Shown: positions 44,475 through 54,886 of the stretch, in pieces
How the letters are laid out: each line of letters begins with the position of its first letter
Numbering within the stretch: the first letter of the stretch is position 1
Assembly: GCA_963770565.1 (NCBI GenBank)
Contig: CAVYQE010000001.1
Span: 1,216,001-1,280,000, forward strand
Direction: 5' to 3'
Length of the DNA stretch: 64,000 bases
Origin: an uncultured Actinomycetota bacterium
GTDB taxonomy: Bacteria > Actinomycetota > Actinomycetes > JAFAQI01
Notes under the pieces: model-generated
What the model saw: the letters and a program-made list of their open reading frames with translations, nothing else
What the model was told of the DNA's origin: nothing
Databases searched by the model: none
Program-made: the position numbers and the translations under genes

Positions 44475-47387
44475 ATGGGGGCCGAGCCACCAGCAGGGAC
44501 GGTGACGTTCCTGATCACGGCTGTCGACAATGCGAGTCGCCGGTGGGGGGAAACGCCCGAGGTAACCGCCGCAGCGACCGAGTGGCATGCCGCCACCGTC
44601 CGAGATGCGATCGATCGACACGGCGGGTACGTGTTCATAAGCGATGATGATGGCGTTGCCGCGACATTCGAGACTGCGGTCGATGCCGCTGAGGCCGCGG
44701 TGGAGCTGCAGGGCCGCATGGTCGCAGAGCGCGACCGGTTCGGGTTCGAGTTGCAGGTCGGCCTGCATACCTGCGAGGCGCGTGACGGCGGGCCCGACTA
44801 CCTCGGTCCGGAAGTTGACCGCGCGGCCCGATTGACGTCGATCGCCCATGGTGGGCAGGTCGTCGTGTCGGAGACGACCGAGCTCCTGCTGCGCGACCGG
44901 ATGACGTTGCGCACGCTCGGCGAGCACCGGCTGCGCGACCTTGACCGCCGCATGACGGTGCACCAGCTGATGGCGGCCGGCTTGCCGTCGGAGTTCCCGG
45001 CGTTGCGAAGCGTGGACCCGCGCATCGGAAACCTGCCGGAGCAACTGACGTCCTTCGTCGGGCGCGACCATTTGGTCGTCGACGTTGCCGATCTCGTGCG
45101 CTCGAACCGGCTGGTGACGCTCGGCGGGGCCGGCGGTGTCGGCAAGACGCGTCTTGCGCTCGAGGTGGCAGCGGGTCTCGCCGCCGAGTTTCCCGACGGC
45201 GTGTGGGTCGTCGAACTGGCCACGGTGGGCGACGCCTCATCGGTGACCGCCATTATCGCGACCACGTTGGGAATCCTTCCGCGCGGCGATGAGGACCTTG
45301 TCGGCACCGTCGCTGACGTGCTGTCGAATCGGCGCGCGCTGGTGGTGATCGACAACTGCGAGCACGTGCTCCCGGCGGTGGCCGCGGCAATCGGCGTGAT
45401 CCTCGCCAGGTCGGGAAGCGTCCGGATCCTCGCGACCTCGCGCGAGTACCTATGGATCCCGGACGAGACGCTGGTCGAGGTGCCACCGCTCGGGCTGGAC
45501 GGTGGTGTCGCCTCAGACGCGGTGCAGTTGTTCGTCGAGCGGGCCCGAGCGGTTCGGTCAATGTTCGGGTTGCATGACCCGCAGACCGCGGCGGCTGTCA
45601 CCGAGATATGCGAAACGCTCGACGGACTGCCGCTCGGGATCGAACTCGCGGCGGCGCGGATGGCCGCGATGAGCCCGATCGAGGTGCGGGACCGGCTCGG
45701 TGCTCGTTTTCGCTTGTTGAAAGGACAGCGATCACAGCCTGAACGCCAGCAGACTTTGTTTCGTGCGGTGGGGTGGTCCTACGACCTACTCGACGTCGAC
45801 GAGCAGCGGCTGCTGCGCAACTCGTCGGTGTTCTCTGGCGGGTTCGACCTGGTGAGCATCGCGGCCGTCGTCGGCGCCGACGACGTGGACGCGTTGGGAC
45901 AGCTCGACTCGCTGGTCGGCCAGTCGATGATCGTCGCCGATCACAGCGCCCGCCACACCCGCTACCGGCTGTACGAGACGATCCGGCAGTTCGCCGAGGA
46001 TCGGTTGACAGAATCCGCAGGACTTGAGGTCATGCGCGATCGGCACGCGGCGTACTTCGCCACCACGGCCGCGGCGCGCTGGGAGGGGTGGAACGGGCCG
46101 GGCTGGCGAGACGCGGTCGACTGGGTTGACGCCGAGTTCGGCAACCTGCGGACGGCGTTCCAATGGAGCAAACAGCGGGGCGACATGACGGTCGCCACGG
46201 ACATCGCCGCGCATGCCGCGCTGATGGGGTTTTCGATCGAGCTCTTCGAGACGGTGGCGTGGGCGGAAGAGCTGCTGCAGCCTGCGGATGGCGCAGCTGT
46301 TCCCCGACTTCCTCGGCTGTACACCGCCGCCGGCTACGCCTGTTTCGTCGGGCGAGCCGAGGCGGCGACCGTCAATGCCCATCGTGCCGTGGAGCTGGAG
46401 TCGATGCCCGGCTACGAACCCTGCGAGCCCGGGTACGCGACGTTCATCGAGGCGTTGGGTCAGGTGTACTGCGGCCATCTGGACCGGTACATCGAACTGA
46501 CCGAATCGGTCGCGACCCGGTTCGGCGGTGCCCGCGCCTACGGGTTGGCGTCGTACGTCGATGGCCTGCAGGCGAGCGGTCGGGTGGCCGAGGCGCTCGA
46601 GCTGGTCGACGCGTCGGTCGTCGCCGCGCGGGACCTCGGGAACCCGTACTGGATCGCCTACGCGCTCTGGATCGCCGGGCTGGCCCTGTCGAAGGCAGAG
46701 CCGAAGCGCGCGCTGGCGACCTGGGACGAGGCGGTCGACCACGTCCGCAAGCACCAGGTCCACTTCTTCGACGCGTTCCTCGCTCGTGATGCGGGTCGAA
46801 TGCACGCGTCGGATGGTGAGGCAGACCGTGCCCTTGCGCTGTTCGACACAGCCGTCAGGTCGGCGCACCAGGCCGGCAATGTCGCGCAGCTCATCATCAC
46901 CCTGGCCAGCGTGCCGGCCCTGCTCGAGCGGCTCGACCGCTACGAACCGGCGATGACATTGTTCGGCGCCCTCTCGCGTGAGCCCGCCAGCTTCCACCAC
47001 GTGCCCGAGCTCACCGAGCTCGGCGAACGGCTGGCGCGGCGGCTTGGCGCCGATCCGGCAACGAAGCTCAGGTCGGCGGGGGCCGCGCTCGACCTCAACG
47101 ACGCCGCTGCCTGGACGCTGGACGAGCTGGCCGCTGCCAGCCTCGAGCTTCGCCGGCAGGCCGGTGATGCTCGTCCCGCCGGCCTCAGCCGTCGCGAGAT
47201 CGAGGTGCTCAAGCTCGTCGCCGCCGGCCGCACCACCAGCGATATCGCCACGCAACTGTTCATCTCGGCGAAGACCGCGGACCACCACATCCAGCACATC
47301 TACACGAAGATCGGCGCGTCCAACCGCGCTGCCGCCACCCGCTGGGCGTTGGAGCACGAGATCGTCGCGAACGACATACGACGCTGA
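44475..47387 (+). CDS. STAND regulator: degenerate adenylate/guanylate cyclase - NB-ARC ATPase - TPR - LuxR HTH
   Basis: GTVTFLI...AHGGQV...GEHRLRDL, LTSFVGR, GAGGVGKTRLA, VIDNCEH, LDGLPLGIELAAAR, LSRREIEVL...HIYTKIG. Confidence 0.92.
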   Translation: MGAEPPAGTVTFLITAVDNASRRWGETPEVTAAATEWHAATVRDAIDRHGGYVFISDDDGVAATFETAVDAAEAAVELQGRMVAERDRFGFELQVGLHTCEARDGGPDYLGPEVDRAARLTSIAHGGQVVVSETTELLLRDRMTLRTLGEHRLRDLDRRMTVHQLMAAGLPSEFPALRSVDPRIGNLPEQLTSFVGRDHLVVDVADLVRSNRLVTLGGAGGVGKTRLALEVAAGLAAEFPDGVWVVELATVGDASSVTAIIATTLGILPRGDEDLVGTVADVLSNRRALVVIDNCEHVLPAVAAAIGVILARSGSVRILATSREYLWIPDETLVEVPPLGLDGGVASDAVQLFVERARAVRSMFGLHDPQTAAAVTEICETLDGLPLGIELAAARMAAMSPIEVRDRLGARFRLLKGQRSQPERQQTLFRAVGWSYDLLDVDEQRLLRNSSVFSGGFDLVSIAAVVGADDVDALGQLDSLVGQSMIVADHSARHTRYRLYETIRQFAEDRLTESAGLEVMRDRHAAYFATTAAARWEGWNGPGWRDAVDWVDAEFGNLRTAFQWSKQRGDMTVATDIAAHAALMGFSIELFETVAWAEELLQPADGAAVPRLPRLYTAAGYACFVGRAEAATVNAHRAVELESMPGYEPCEPGYATFIEALGQVYCGHLDRYIELTESVATRFGGARAYGLASYVDGLQASGRVAEALELVDASVVAARDLGNPYWIAYALWIAGLALSKAEPKRALATWDEAVDHVRKHQVHFFDAFLARDAGRMHASDGEADRALALFDTAVRSAHQAGNVAQLIITLASVPALLERLDRYEPAMTLFGALSREPASFHHVPELTELGERLARRLGADPATKLRSAGAALDLNDAAAWTLDELAAASLELRRQAGDARPAGLSRREIEVLKLVAAGRTTSDIATQLFISAKTADHHIQHIYTKIGASNRAAATRWALEHEIVANDIRR

Positions 47388-47401
47388 ACTGCAGGGCGGA
47401 A

Positions 47402-47419
47402 ATGGGGAGTTCTCCCGAT
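47402..47419 (+). promoter_or_regulatory. Near-palindrome ATGGGGAGTTCTCCCGAT, likely site for the adjacent LuxR regulator
   Basis: Immediately after the regulator stop codon, upstream of CAGAAT and the next gene. Confidence 0.5.
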
Positions 47420-47518
47420 GTAATCGCCTCGCGACAAACGCAGAATTCGTGGCGCGCCCGCTGACCGGCCGGCGATCCACGGCGAAGCACCTTCGCCCCG
47501 CACGAAGGAGTAGAAGTC

Positions 47519-47791
47519 ATGATCCTGGCAACCACGCAGGTCGAGGACATCGATCGCTTCCTGGACGTGTTCTCCACGAAGGGCGCCGAGAAGCGCGCCC
47601 AGCACGGGTCCAAGGGCTCGACCGTCTTCCGCGACCCGAGCGCTGAAGACCGGGTCTGGGTCCTATTCGACTGGGACGCGGACGGCTGGGCCGCCTTCGT
47701 GTCCGACCCCGACGTCCCGCCGATCCTCAAGGCCGCCGGCCACGTCGGCAAGCCGCAGGCCGCAGCGCTCGCGGGCACGTACTACGCCTGA
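47519..47791 (+). CDS. Small dimeric alpha/beta-barrel (ABM-like) protein
   Basis: AAGGAG RBS; VEDIDRF..VF....KRAQHGS.G..VFRDP....V.VLFDW pattern. Confidence 0.75.
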   Translation: MILATTQVEDIDRFLDVFSTKGAEKRAQHGSKGSTVFRDPSAEDRVWVLFDWDADGWAAFVSDPDVPPILKAAGHVGKPQAAALAGTYYA

Positions 47792-47899
47792 TCACCCCAT
47801 GCCGGGCGGCCGGTGTCGGCCGCTCGGACCCGAATCGAACACGCACGCGGGGGCGGGCGCGAGCGCGCCCGTTCCCCGCCTGACCGAAAGTGACGAGGC

Positions 47900-49018
47900 A
47901 TGACAACTACAACCGGCCGACCCGCGCGGGTCGGCATCATCACTGACCAGACCGGGGCGCTGTCCTTCATGGGCATCGCCAACGTCAACACGGCCACGAT
48001 GGTGGTCGACGACATCAACCATCGGGGAGGCCTGCTGGGTCACCCGATCGAGCTGTTCATCGAGGACAGCGCGACCGAGGACGACGTTGCTGCCGCGGCC
48101 GCAGCCAAGCTCGTGAACGAATCGCACGTCGACGTCGTACTTGGCGGGATCTACAGCTCGACCCGCCAAGCGATCAAAGGTCCCGTCGTCGAGCAAAGCA
48201 AGACGCTCTACATCTACCCGGAGCAGTACGAGGGCCAGGAGTGCGACCCGCTGATCTTCTGCACCGGACCGGTGCCGGCGCAACAGATCGAGCCGCTCTT
48301 CCCGTGGCTGATGCAGCGCACCGGCGCAAAGCGCTTCTACCTGCCGTCCGCCGACTACATCTGGCCGCACGTTCTGAACAAGAAGGTGTGGGAGGTCGTG
48401 ACGGCCGCAGGGGGCAACGTGGTGGGCGAGCAGTACTTCCCGCTCGACCACATGGACTACGACCAGCTCGTCGACGACATTATGGCGAGTGACGCCGAGG
48501 TCGTGTTCAACACGATCGTTCCGCCGGGGCTGACGCCGTTCCTGGCACGGCTGCACGAAGCAGGCTTCGCGAAGCGCGGGGGGAACGTTGTGTGCACCTA
48601 CTTCGACGAGAACTTCCTGAACCTCGTCCCCGCCGAGCAGGTCGAGGGGTTGTACGGCTGTCTCGACTACTACCGCGACGTGACCGACCCGTTCAGCGAT
48701 GCGCTGCTTGCGAGGTACGACGAGCGGTTCCCGGGCAGTGCGATGTTCACCGCTGGAAGTGCGTGCTCGGGAATGTATCGGGGACTGAAGCTCTGGGAAG
48801 CGGCCGTCAATGAAGCGGGGTCCCTGCGACAGGATGACGTCGTCGCGGCGCTCGACCACGCCACGATCGCCGAAGGTCCTGGCGGTCCGGCGGAGATGGT
48901 GCCGGGCCAGCATCACCTTCGACTGAACATGTACATCGCTCAGGCACAGAACGGCGCCTTCAAGGTGGTCAAGAATCTCGGTCCGATTGAGCCCAAGGAA
49001 TGTGAGGTCTCGCGCTGA
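47900..49018 (+). CDS. AmiC/UrtA-like type 1 ligand-binding protein without a signal peptide
   Basis: IN.RGGLLGHPIEL, GGIYSSTRQA, YPEQYEGQE, CTGPVPAQQ, ADYIWP, EQYFPL. Confidence 0.88.
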   Translation: MTTTTGRPARVGIITDQTGALSFMGIANVNTATMVVDDINHRGGLLGHPIELFIEDSATEDDVAAAAAAKLVNESHVDVVLGGIYSSTRQAIKGPVVEQSKTLYIYPEQYEGQECDPLIFCTGPVPAQQIEPLFPWLMQRTGAKRFYLPSADYIWPHVLNKKVWEVVTAAGGNVVGEQYFPLDHMDYDQLVDDIMASDAEVVFNTIVPPGLTPFLARLHEAGFAKRGGNVVCTYFDENFLNLVPAEQVEGLYGCLDYYRDVTDPFSDALLARYDERFPGSAMFTAGSACSGMYRGLKLWEAAVNEAGSLRQDDVVAALDHATIAEGPGGPAEMVPGQHHLRLNMYIAQAQNGAFKVVKNLGPIEPKECEVSR

Positions 49019-49032
49019 CGGACACGTCGGCA

Positions 49033-49077
49033 GCGGCGAGAGGCGACGCGCGGTCTGCGGACGTCACCTCTCGCCGC
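49033..49077 (+). terminator. GC-rich stem-loop after the AmiC-like gene
   Basis: 16-bp arms with one mismatch (GCGGCGAGAGGCGACG / CGTCACCTCTCGCCGC). Confidence 0.6.
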
Positions 49078-49326
49078 ACCGTGCGAGGCGAGAATGCGCG
49101 GTCGATAAAGGTGACGACGGCTGCGACGGCTAAGCACTCTTGAGCACCCGCCCCGGCTGGGCGGTAGCTCAACCTCACAGTTGCTGAAATCGTGCTGGTC
49201 GCAGAGCAAGGCCATGTTCGCTATCTTGCCGGTTTTCGTTGCGGCGCAAGGATCTCGTGACACCGGAGTGAGGAACCGCGCCGTACTGAGGCGCCGACGA
49301 GGCGTCTCTTACCGGGTCCGGTATAC

Positions 49327-49402
49327 GTCTGTACGCACACACGTCTGTACGCAAGTCTGTACGCAGTCTGTACGCAAGATCATGTGTACCCATGGTGTAC
49401 CC
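49327..49402. repeat. GTCTGTACGCA x4 plus TGTACCC x2, candidate recombinase/RDF binding sites
   Basis: Exact copies at 49327, 49343, 49355 and 49366; TGTGTACCC at 49383 and GGTGTACCC at 49394. Confidence 0.85.
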
Positions 49403-49465
49403 GGAGGGCGGTTCGATGATCTTGGCGCAGGCCGAAAACCGCCTCCGACCTGCGGTTTCGTTGTG

Positions 49466-49537
49466 TGCCCCCGGCAGGATTCGAACCTGCGCCACCGCCT
49501 CCGGAGGGCGGTGCTCTATCCCCTGAGCTACGGGGGC
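49466..49537 (-). tRNA. tRNA-Arg(CCG)
   Basis: GCCCCCGTAGCTCAGGGGATAGAGCACCGCCCTCCGGAGGCGGTGGCGCAGGTTCGAATCCTGCCGGGGGCA folds as a cloverleaf with anticodon CCG; usual position near argS. Confidence 0.97.
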
Positions 49538-49607
49538 CAGGGACCCGCCGAGGTTAGCAGCGGTACGCCGCCGCCTGCGGCAAGGGACGGCCCCGACGGA
49601 TCGAGAT

Positions 49608-49665
49608 CCGGAGTAGACGTTCCGGTTCGTAATAGGCTTCGCAGGAAGCGGAGCCAACACTCCGG
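49608..49665. promoter_or_regulatory. Two CGGAG-N6-(C/T)TCCG palindromes, probable TetR operators
   Basis: CCGGAG-TAGACG-TTCCGG and GCGGAG-CCAACA-CTCCGG upstream of the MFS-TetR operon. Confidence 0.65.
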
Positions 49666-49685
49666 TTAGCGGTCAGGGGAACCAG

Positions 49686-51158
49686 GTGACCGAGCAGCCC
49701 GAACGCGTTCACTACCAGGCGACGTTCGCGGTGCTCGCGACCGCGGTCGGCGCCTATGCGCTCCTTCAGTCCTTGGTGATCCCGGTCCTGCCGACTATCG
49801 AGCGCGGCCTGCACACCACTCAGAACACCGTGACCTGGGTGCTCACGGCGTACCTGCTCTCCGCCTCGATCTTCACGCCGATCATCGGCCGTCTCGGCGA
49901 CATGTGGGGCAAGCAGCGGTTGCTCGTGGCGGCCCTTGCGGCGCTTGCCGCCGGCACGCTGTTGTCCGCGCTGGCCGGCTCGATCGGCGTGATGCTCGCG
50001 GGTCGCGTCATCCAAGGGGTCGGCGGAGGGGTGGTGCCGCTCGCGTTCGGCATCATCCGCGACGAGTTCCCCGCGGATCGGGTGCCCGGCGCAGTCGGCG
50101 TGATTGCCGCGCTGGCTGCAGCCGGCGGCGGCCTCGGCATCGTGCTCGCCGGCCCGATCGTCGAGACCTTCGACTACCACTGGCTGTTCTGGATTCCGAT
50201 GGTGATGCTCGTGCTCGCCGGGATCGCTGCCCGCATCGTCGTCCCTGAGTCGCCGGTCCGTCAGCCCGGCAAGCTTGCATGGGGCTCGGCAGTCCTGCTG
50301 TCGGCCTGGCTGGTCGCACTGCTGCTTCCGGTGAGTGAAGCGCCGACCTGGGGCTGGGGCTCCGGCCGGGTGGTCGGCCTGCTGGCGATCGCGGTCGTGC
50401 TCGCCGCGGCCTGGGTGCGCACCGAGATCCGGTCGTCCCATCCGCTCATTGATATGCGGATGATGCGAATCCCGGTGGTGTGGACCGCGAACCTGGTCGC
50501 ACTGCTGTTCGGTGTCGGGATGTACGCGACGTTCGCGTTCCTGCCTGAGTTCCTCCAAACCGCACCGTCCGCGGGATACGGCTTCGGCGCGAGCATCACT
50601 CACTCCGGCCTGATCCTGTTGCCGTCGAGCGCGATGATGTTCGTCTTCGGCGCCGCATCGGGCCGGCTCACCCTGCGGTACGGCGGCAAAGCGGTGCTGA
50701 TCACAGGCGCGACGATCAGCGTGGTCCCGTTCATTCTGCTGGTGGTCGCGCACGCCCATCAGTGGCAGGTCGTGCTCGCGACCGCGCTGATGGGGATCGG
50801 CTTCGGTTTGGCGTTTTCGGCGATGTCGAGCCTGATCGTCGAAGGCGTCCCGCCCGGTCAGACCGGCGTCGCGAGCGGGATGAACGCCAACATCCGGACC
50901 ATCGGCGGCTCGATCGGCGCCGCCGTGATGAGCAGCATCGTGACCTCGACGGCACGGGCCGGCGGCCTGCCCCGCGAGTCCGGCTACACCCACGGGTTCG
51001 AGTTGCTGACGGTCACTGCGGCCGCCGCGGCGCTCGCGACGATCCTGATCCCGGCGCGGCAGCGAGTGCTGAGCCCGCCAGAGCTTCGGGACGCGCTGCC
51101 GCATGCGGAGCTCGGCATGATCGCGGCCGGCACCCTGGTCGGGGACGAACCCGAGTGA
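49686..51158 (+). CDS. MFS transporter (14-TMS DHA2-like)
   Basis: WVLTAYLL, GRLGDMWGK motif A, GRVIQGVGGG, about 14 TM helices. Confidence 0.92.
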   Translation: MTEQPERVHYQATFAVLATAVGAYALLQSLVIPVLPTIERGLHTTQNTVTWVLTAYLLSASIFTPIIGRLGDMWGKQRLLVAALAALAAGTLLSALAGSIGVMLAGRVIQGVGGGVVPLAFGIIRDEFPADRVPGAVGVIAALAAAGGGLGIVLAGPIVETFDYHWLFWIPMVMLVLAGIAARIVVPESPVRQPGKLAWGSAVLLSAWLVALLLPVSEAPTWGWGSGRVVGLLAIAVVLAAAWVRTEIRSSHPLIDMRMMRIPVVWTANLVALLFGVGMYATFAFLPEFLQTAPSAGYGFGASITHSGLILLPSSAMMFVFGAASGRLTLRYGGKAVLITGATISVVPFILLVVAHAHQWQVVLATALMGIGFGLAFSAMSSLIVEGVPPGQTGVASGMNANIRTIGGSIGAAVMSSIVTSTARAGGLPRESGYTHGFELLTVTAAAAALATILIPARQRVLSPPELRDALPHAELGMIAAGTLVGDEPE

Positions 51159-51787
51159 GCAGGACAGCTACGGTCGCCACCCGGCCACACCTGCGCCGCG
51201 ACGCAGCGGCCAACCGGCAGCACCTGATCGATGCCGCCTGGCAGGTTTTCGCGGAACGCGGGCTGGACGCGAGCGTCGAGGAGATCGCCCGCGTCGCGGG
51301 GGTCGGCGTGGGCACCCTCTATCGCCGCTTCAGCACCAAGGACGCGCTGGTCGCGGCCCTCGTCCAGGACGTGCTCGACGCCATGCTCTCCTTCGCCGAG
51401 GACGCCGCCAAGCAGCCCGACGGTGGCGGCCTCGAGCGCTACCTCGAGGCGGCGAGTGCCTACCAGGCCGAGCACAGCGGCTGCCTTCCCCGGTTGTGGA
51501 ACACCGACGTCGACAACCCGTCGATCCATCGACTGCGTACGACGGTCGGCGCCCTGCTCGAGGACGCCAAGCGCCACGGCCGGGTGAGGGGCGACCTCAC
51601 CAGCACGGACCTAACGGTGATCATGTGGTCGATCCGCGGGGTGATCGAGACGACCCGCGCGGTCGCGCCCGACGCCTGGCGCCGGCACCTCGGGGTCGTC
51701 GTGGCCGGGATGCGGCCGGCCGAGCAGCCACTTGCCCACCGGCCCCTGACCCGGCCGCAGGTCGACCGGATCATCGCCGGGGACTAA
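51155..51787 (+). CDS. TetR family regulator
   Basis: LRRDAAANR, EEIARVAGVGVGTLYRRF; GTGA overlap with the MFS gene. Confidence 0.92.
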   Translation: MSRTATVATRPHLRRDAAANRQHLIDAAWQVFAERGLDASVEEIARVAGVGVGTLYRRFSTKDALVAALVQDVLDAMLSFAEDAAKQPDGGGLERYLEAASAYQAEHSGCLPRLWNTDVDNPSIHRLRTTVGALLEDAKRHGRVRGDLTSTDLTVIMWSIRGVIETTRAVAPDAWRRHLGVVVAGMRPAEQPLAHRPLTRPQVDRIIAGD

Positions 51788-51830
51788 CAACCCGCGGGCT
51801 GTTTGAACGGCCAAACGATAACCTCGGAGG

Positions 51831-53504
51831 GTGACCCCCGGCGATCTTGCGGGCGCCGTCGTGTCCGCGATTCGAGCCGCGGTCGCCGACGGCGAGCTCG
51901 CCGTGCCCGTCCCCGAGAGCGTGGTGATCGAGCGCCCTAAGAACAAGGAGCACGGCGACTACGCGACGAACGTCGCCCTGCAGCTCGCCAAGCCGGCCGG
52001 CCGGCCGCCGCGAGAGGTCGCCGAGGTCATCGCTGGTCGGCTACGGACGGCGGACGGCATCGACCGGGTCGAGGTCGCCGGGTCCGGGCTTCCTCAACAT
52101 CAGACTCTCGCGCGGCGCTCAGGGCGAGCTGGCCCGGTCTGATCGTCCATGCCGGCACCGAATACGGCCACAGCGACGTACTGGCCAAGGAGCGGATCAA
52201 CCTCGAGTTCGTCTCGGCCAACCCGACCGGACCGGTGCACATCGGCGCGGTGCGGTGGGCCGCGGTCGGCGACGCGCTAGGCCGGGTGCTCAGCGCGGCC
52301 GGCGCCGAGGTCGCTCGGGAGTACTACTTCAACGACGCCGGGGCCCAGATCGACCGGTTCGCCCGCTCATTGCTGGCCTCGGCCCGGCACCAGCCGATCC
52401 CCGAGGACGGGTACGTCGGCGACTACATCGACGACATCGCCGCCGCGATCGTCGCCAGCCGGCCCGGGATTCTCGACCTGCCCGACGCCGAGGCCGAGGA
52501 GGCGTTCCGCAGCGACGGGGTCGAGCTGATGTTCGCCGAGATCCGGCAGTCGCTAGCCGACTTCGGCGTTGTGTTCGACGTGTACTTCAACGAGAAGTCG
52601 CTGCACGACAACGGAAAGCTCGATGTTGCCCTCGCGCGGCTGACGCGAGCTGGGCCACGTCTACGAGGACGACGGCGCGCTCTGGCTGCGGACGACCGAC
52701 TTCGGTGACGACAAGGACCGGGTGCTGCGTCAAGGGCGACGGCGAGTCGACCTACTTCGCCGCCGACTGCGCCTACTACCTCGACAAGCGGGAGCGCGGA
52801 TTCGACCGGCTGATCTACATGCTGGGCGCCGACCACCACGGCTACGTCGGCCGGCTGCGCGCGGTTGCCGCATGCTTCGGCGACGACCCGGACCGGACCG
52901 CTCGAGATCCTGATCGGCCAGATGGTCAACCTGGTCACAGGACGGCGAGCCGGTCCGGATGAGCAAGCGCGCCGGCAACGTCGTCACTGCTGGACGACCT
53001 GGTCGACGCCATCGGGGTCGATGCGCGCGCGCTACGCGCTGGCCCGCTACAGTCAGCGACTCGCCGATCGACCTCGACCTCGACCTGCTGGGCCCGGCAG
53101 ACCAACGACAACCCGGTGTTCTACGTGCAGTACGCCCACGCCCGGGTCTCCTCTCTATTGCGCAACGCCGCCAGCCTCGGCATCGAGCGCGGGCCCGACG
53201 AGGGCTTCGACCCTGCTCTCCTCGCCGATCCGCATGAGGCCGACGCTGCTCGGCGCGCTCGGCGAATTCCCGCGGATCGTCGTCAGTGCGGCCGAGCTGC
53301 GCGAGCCGCACCGGGTCGCGCGCTACCTCGAAGAGCTCGCCGGCCACTTATCACCGGTTCTACGACGCCTGCCGGGTCCTGCCGATGGCCGACGAGCCGG
53401 CGACCGACCTCACCCGCGCGCGGCTCTGGCTGGTCGAGGCCACCCGGATCGTGCTCGCCAACGGGCTCGCTCTGCTCGGCGTGACCGCCCCGGAGCGGAT
53501 GTGA
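51831..53504 (+). CDS. argS: Arginine--tRNA ligase (many apparent indels, likely sequencing errors)
   Basis: Fragments in shifting frames: [21 protein letters not shown] (HIGH-like), [32 protein letters not shown]. Confidence 0.93.
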
Positions 53505-54886
53505 GGGCGCACCCGGCCGGCGCGCTGCACGGCGACGTCACGGCACCGCCGCACCCGCTCGGTCCGCCTCCCGAGGATCTCGGCCGGCTCGATCCCGCGG
53601 TCTGGCCGATCGGCACCGACCGGGTGGGCGGCGTCATGCAGGTCGGCGGATGTGATGTGCGGGACCTCGCGGCCGCCCACGGCACCCCGTCCTACCTCAT
53701 CGTCGAGGACGACGTGCGGGCCCGCTGCCGGGCGTATCGCGCTGCCTTCGGCTCGGACACCGATATCTACTACGCCGCCAAGGCGTTCCTGTCGAAACAG
53801 GTCGCGCGCTGGATCCTCGAGGAGGAGCTGTCGCTCGACGTTGCACCGGCGGGGAGCTCGAGACCGCTCTTGCGGCCGGCGTGCCAGGCGAGCGAATCCT
53901 GTTGCACGGCAACAACAAGTCGAGCGCCGAGCTCCGCGCGGCGATCGAGGCCGGGGTTGGCCGGATCGTGCGTCGACAGCGACTCGAGATCGCCCGGCTC
54001 GCCGATGCCGCAGACGCGGCCGGAGTGCGGCCGAAGGTGCTCGTGCGGGTCACCGTCGGCGTCGAGGCGCACACCCACGAGTTCATCGCGACCGCGCACG
54101 AGGACCAGAAGTTCGGCTTCTCACTGACCAGCGGCGCCGCGCTCGAGGCGGTCCGCCGGGTCACGATGCTGCCGTCGCTGGAGCTGGTCGGGCTGCACAG
54201 CCATATCGGTTCGCAGATCTTCGACACCGCCGGGTTCGACGTGGCGGCGCACCGGGTGGTCGGCCTGCTCGGCACGATTCGCGACGCGCTCGGCGTCACC
54301 CTGCCGGAGCTCGATCTCGGTGGCGGCCTCGGTATCGCCTATACGTCCGACGACGACCCGGCCGACGTCGCCGAGGTCGCCAAGCAGCTCCGCACGATCG
54401 TCGAACGAGAGTGCGCCGCGCAGTCGTTGCCGGTGCCGCGGCTCGCGTTCGAGCCGGGCCGGGCAATCATCGGACCGGCCGGCGTCACCCTCTATGAGGT
54501 CGGCACCATCAAGGACGTCGACCACATCCGCACCTACGTCAGCGTCGACGGCGGGATGAGCGACAACATCCGGACCGCCTTGTACGACGCCGACTACACC
54601 TGTGTGTTGGCCTCACGGGCGAGCGCTGCCGAGCCGATGCTTGCTCGTGTGGTCGGAAAGCACTGCGAGAGCGGGCGACATCGTCGTCCGTGACGCCTGG
54701 CTGCCCGGCGACCTCGCGCCCGGCGACCTGCTCGCCGTCGCCGCGACCGGCGCCTACTGCCGGTCGATGGCGAGCAACTACAACCCCGTACCCCGCCCGC
54801 CGGTCGTCGCGGTGCGCGACGGGGAGAGCCACGTGCTGATCCGCCGCGAGACCGATGCCGACCTGCTTGCGTTGGACCAGGGATGA
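53501..54886 (+). CDS. lysA: Diaminopimelate decarboxylase (frameshifts near 53840 and 54670, probably also near 53970)
   Basis: YAAKAF PLP lysine, [39 protein letters not shown]. Confidence 0.93.

Larger units (their letters stand above)
43473..49506. mobile_element. ~6-kb integrase-less genomic islet inserted in tRNA-Arg(CCG)
   Basis: Flanked by 42-bp direct repeats; TGTACC repeat pairs near both ends; no integrase ORF inside. Confidence 0.8.

Noticed and set aside
49327-49402. GTCTGTACGCA repeats as a CRISPR array
   Set aside because: Repeats are 11 bp with 0-5 bp gaps, there are no unique spacers and no cas genes; att-associated binding sites fit better.
49401-49412. 12-bp match (CCGGAGGGCGGT) to the tRNA exactly 100 bp away
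   Set aside because: Short and GC-rich; could be chance and cannot be supported as an att remnant.
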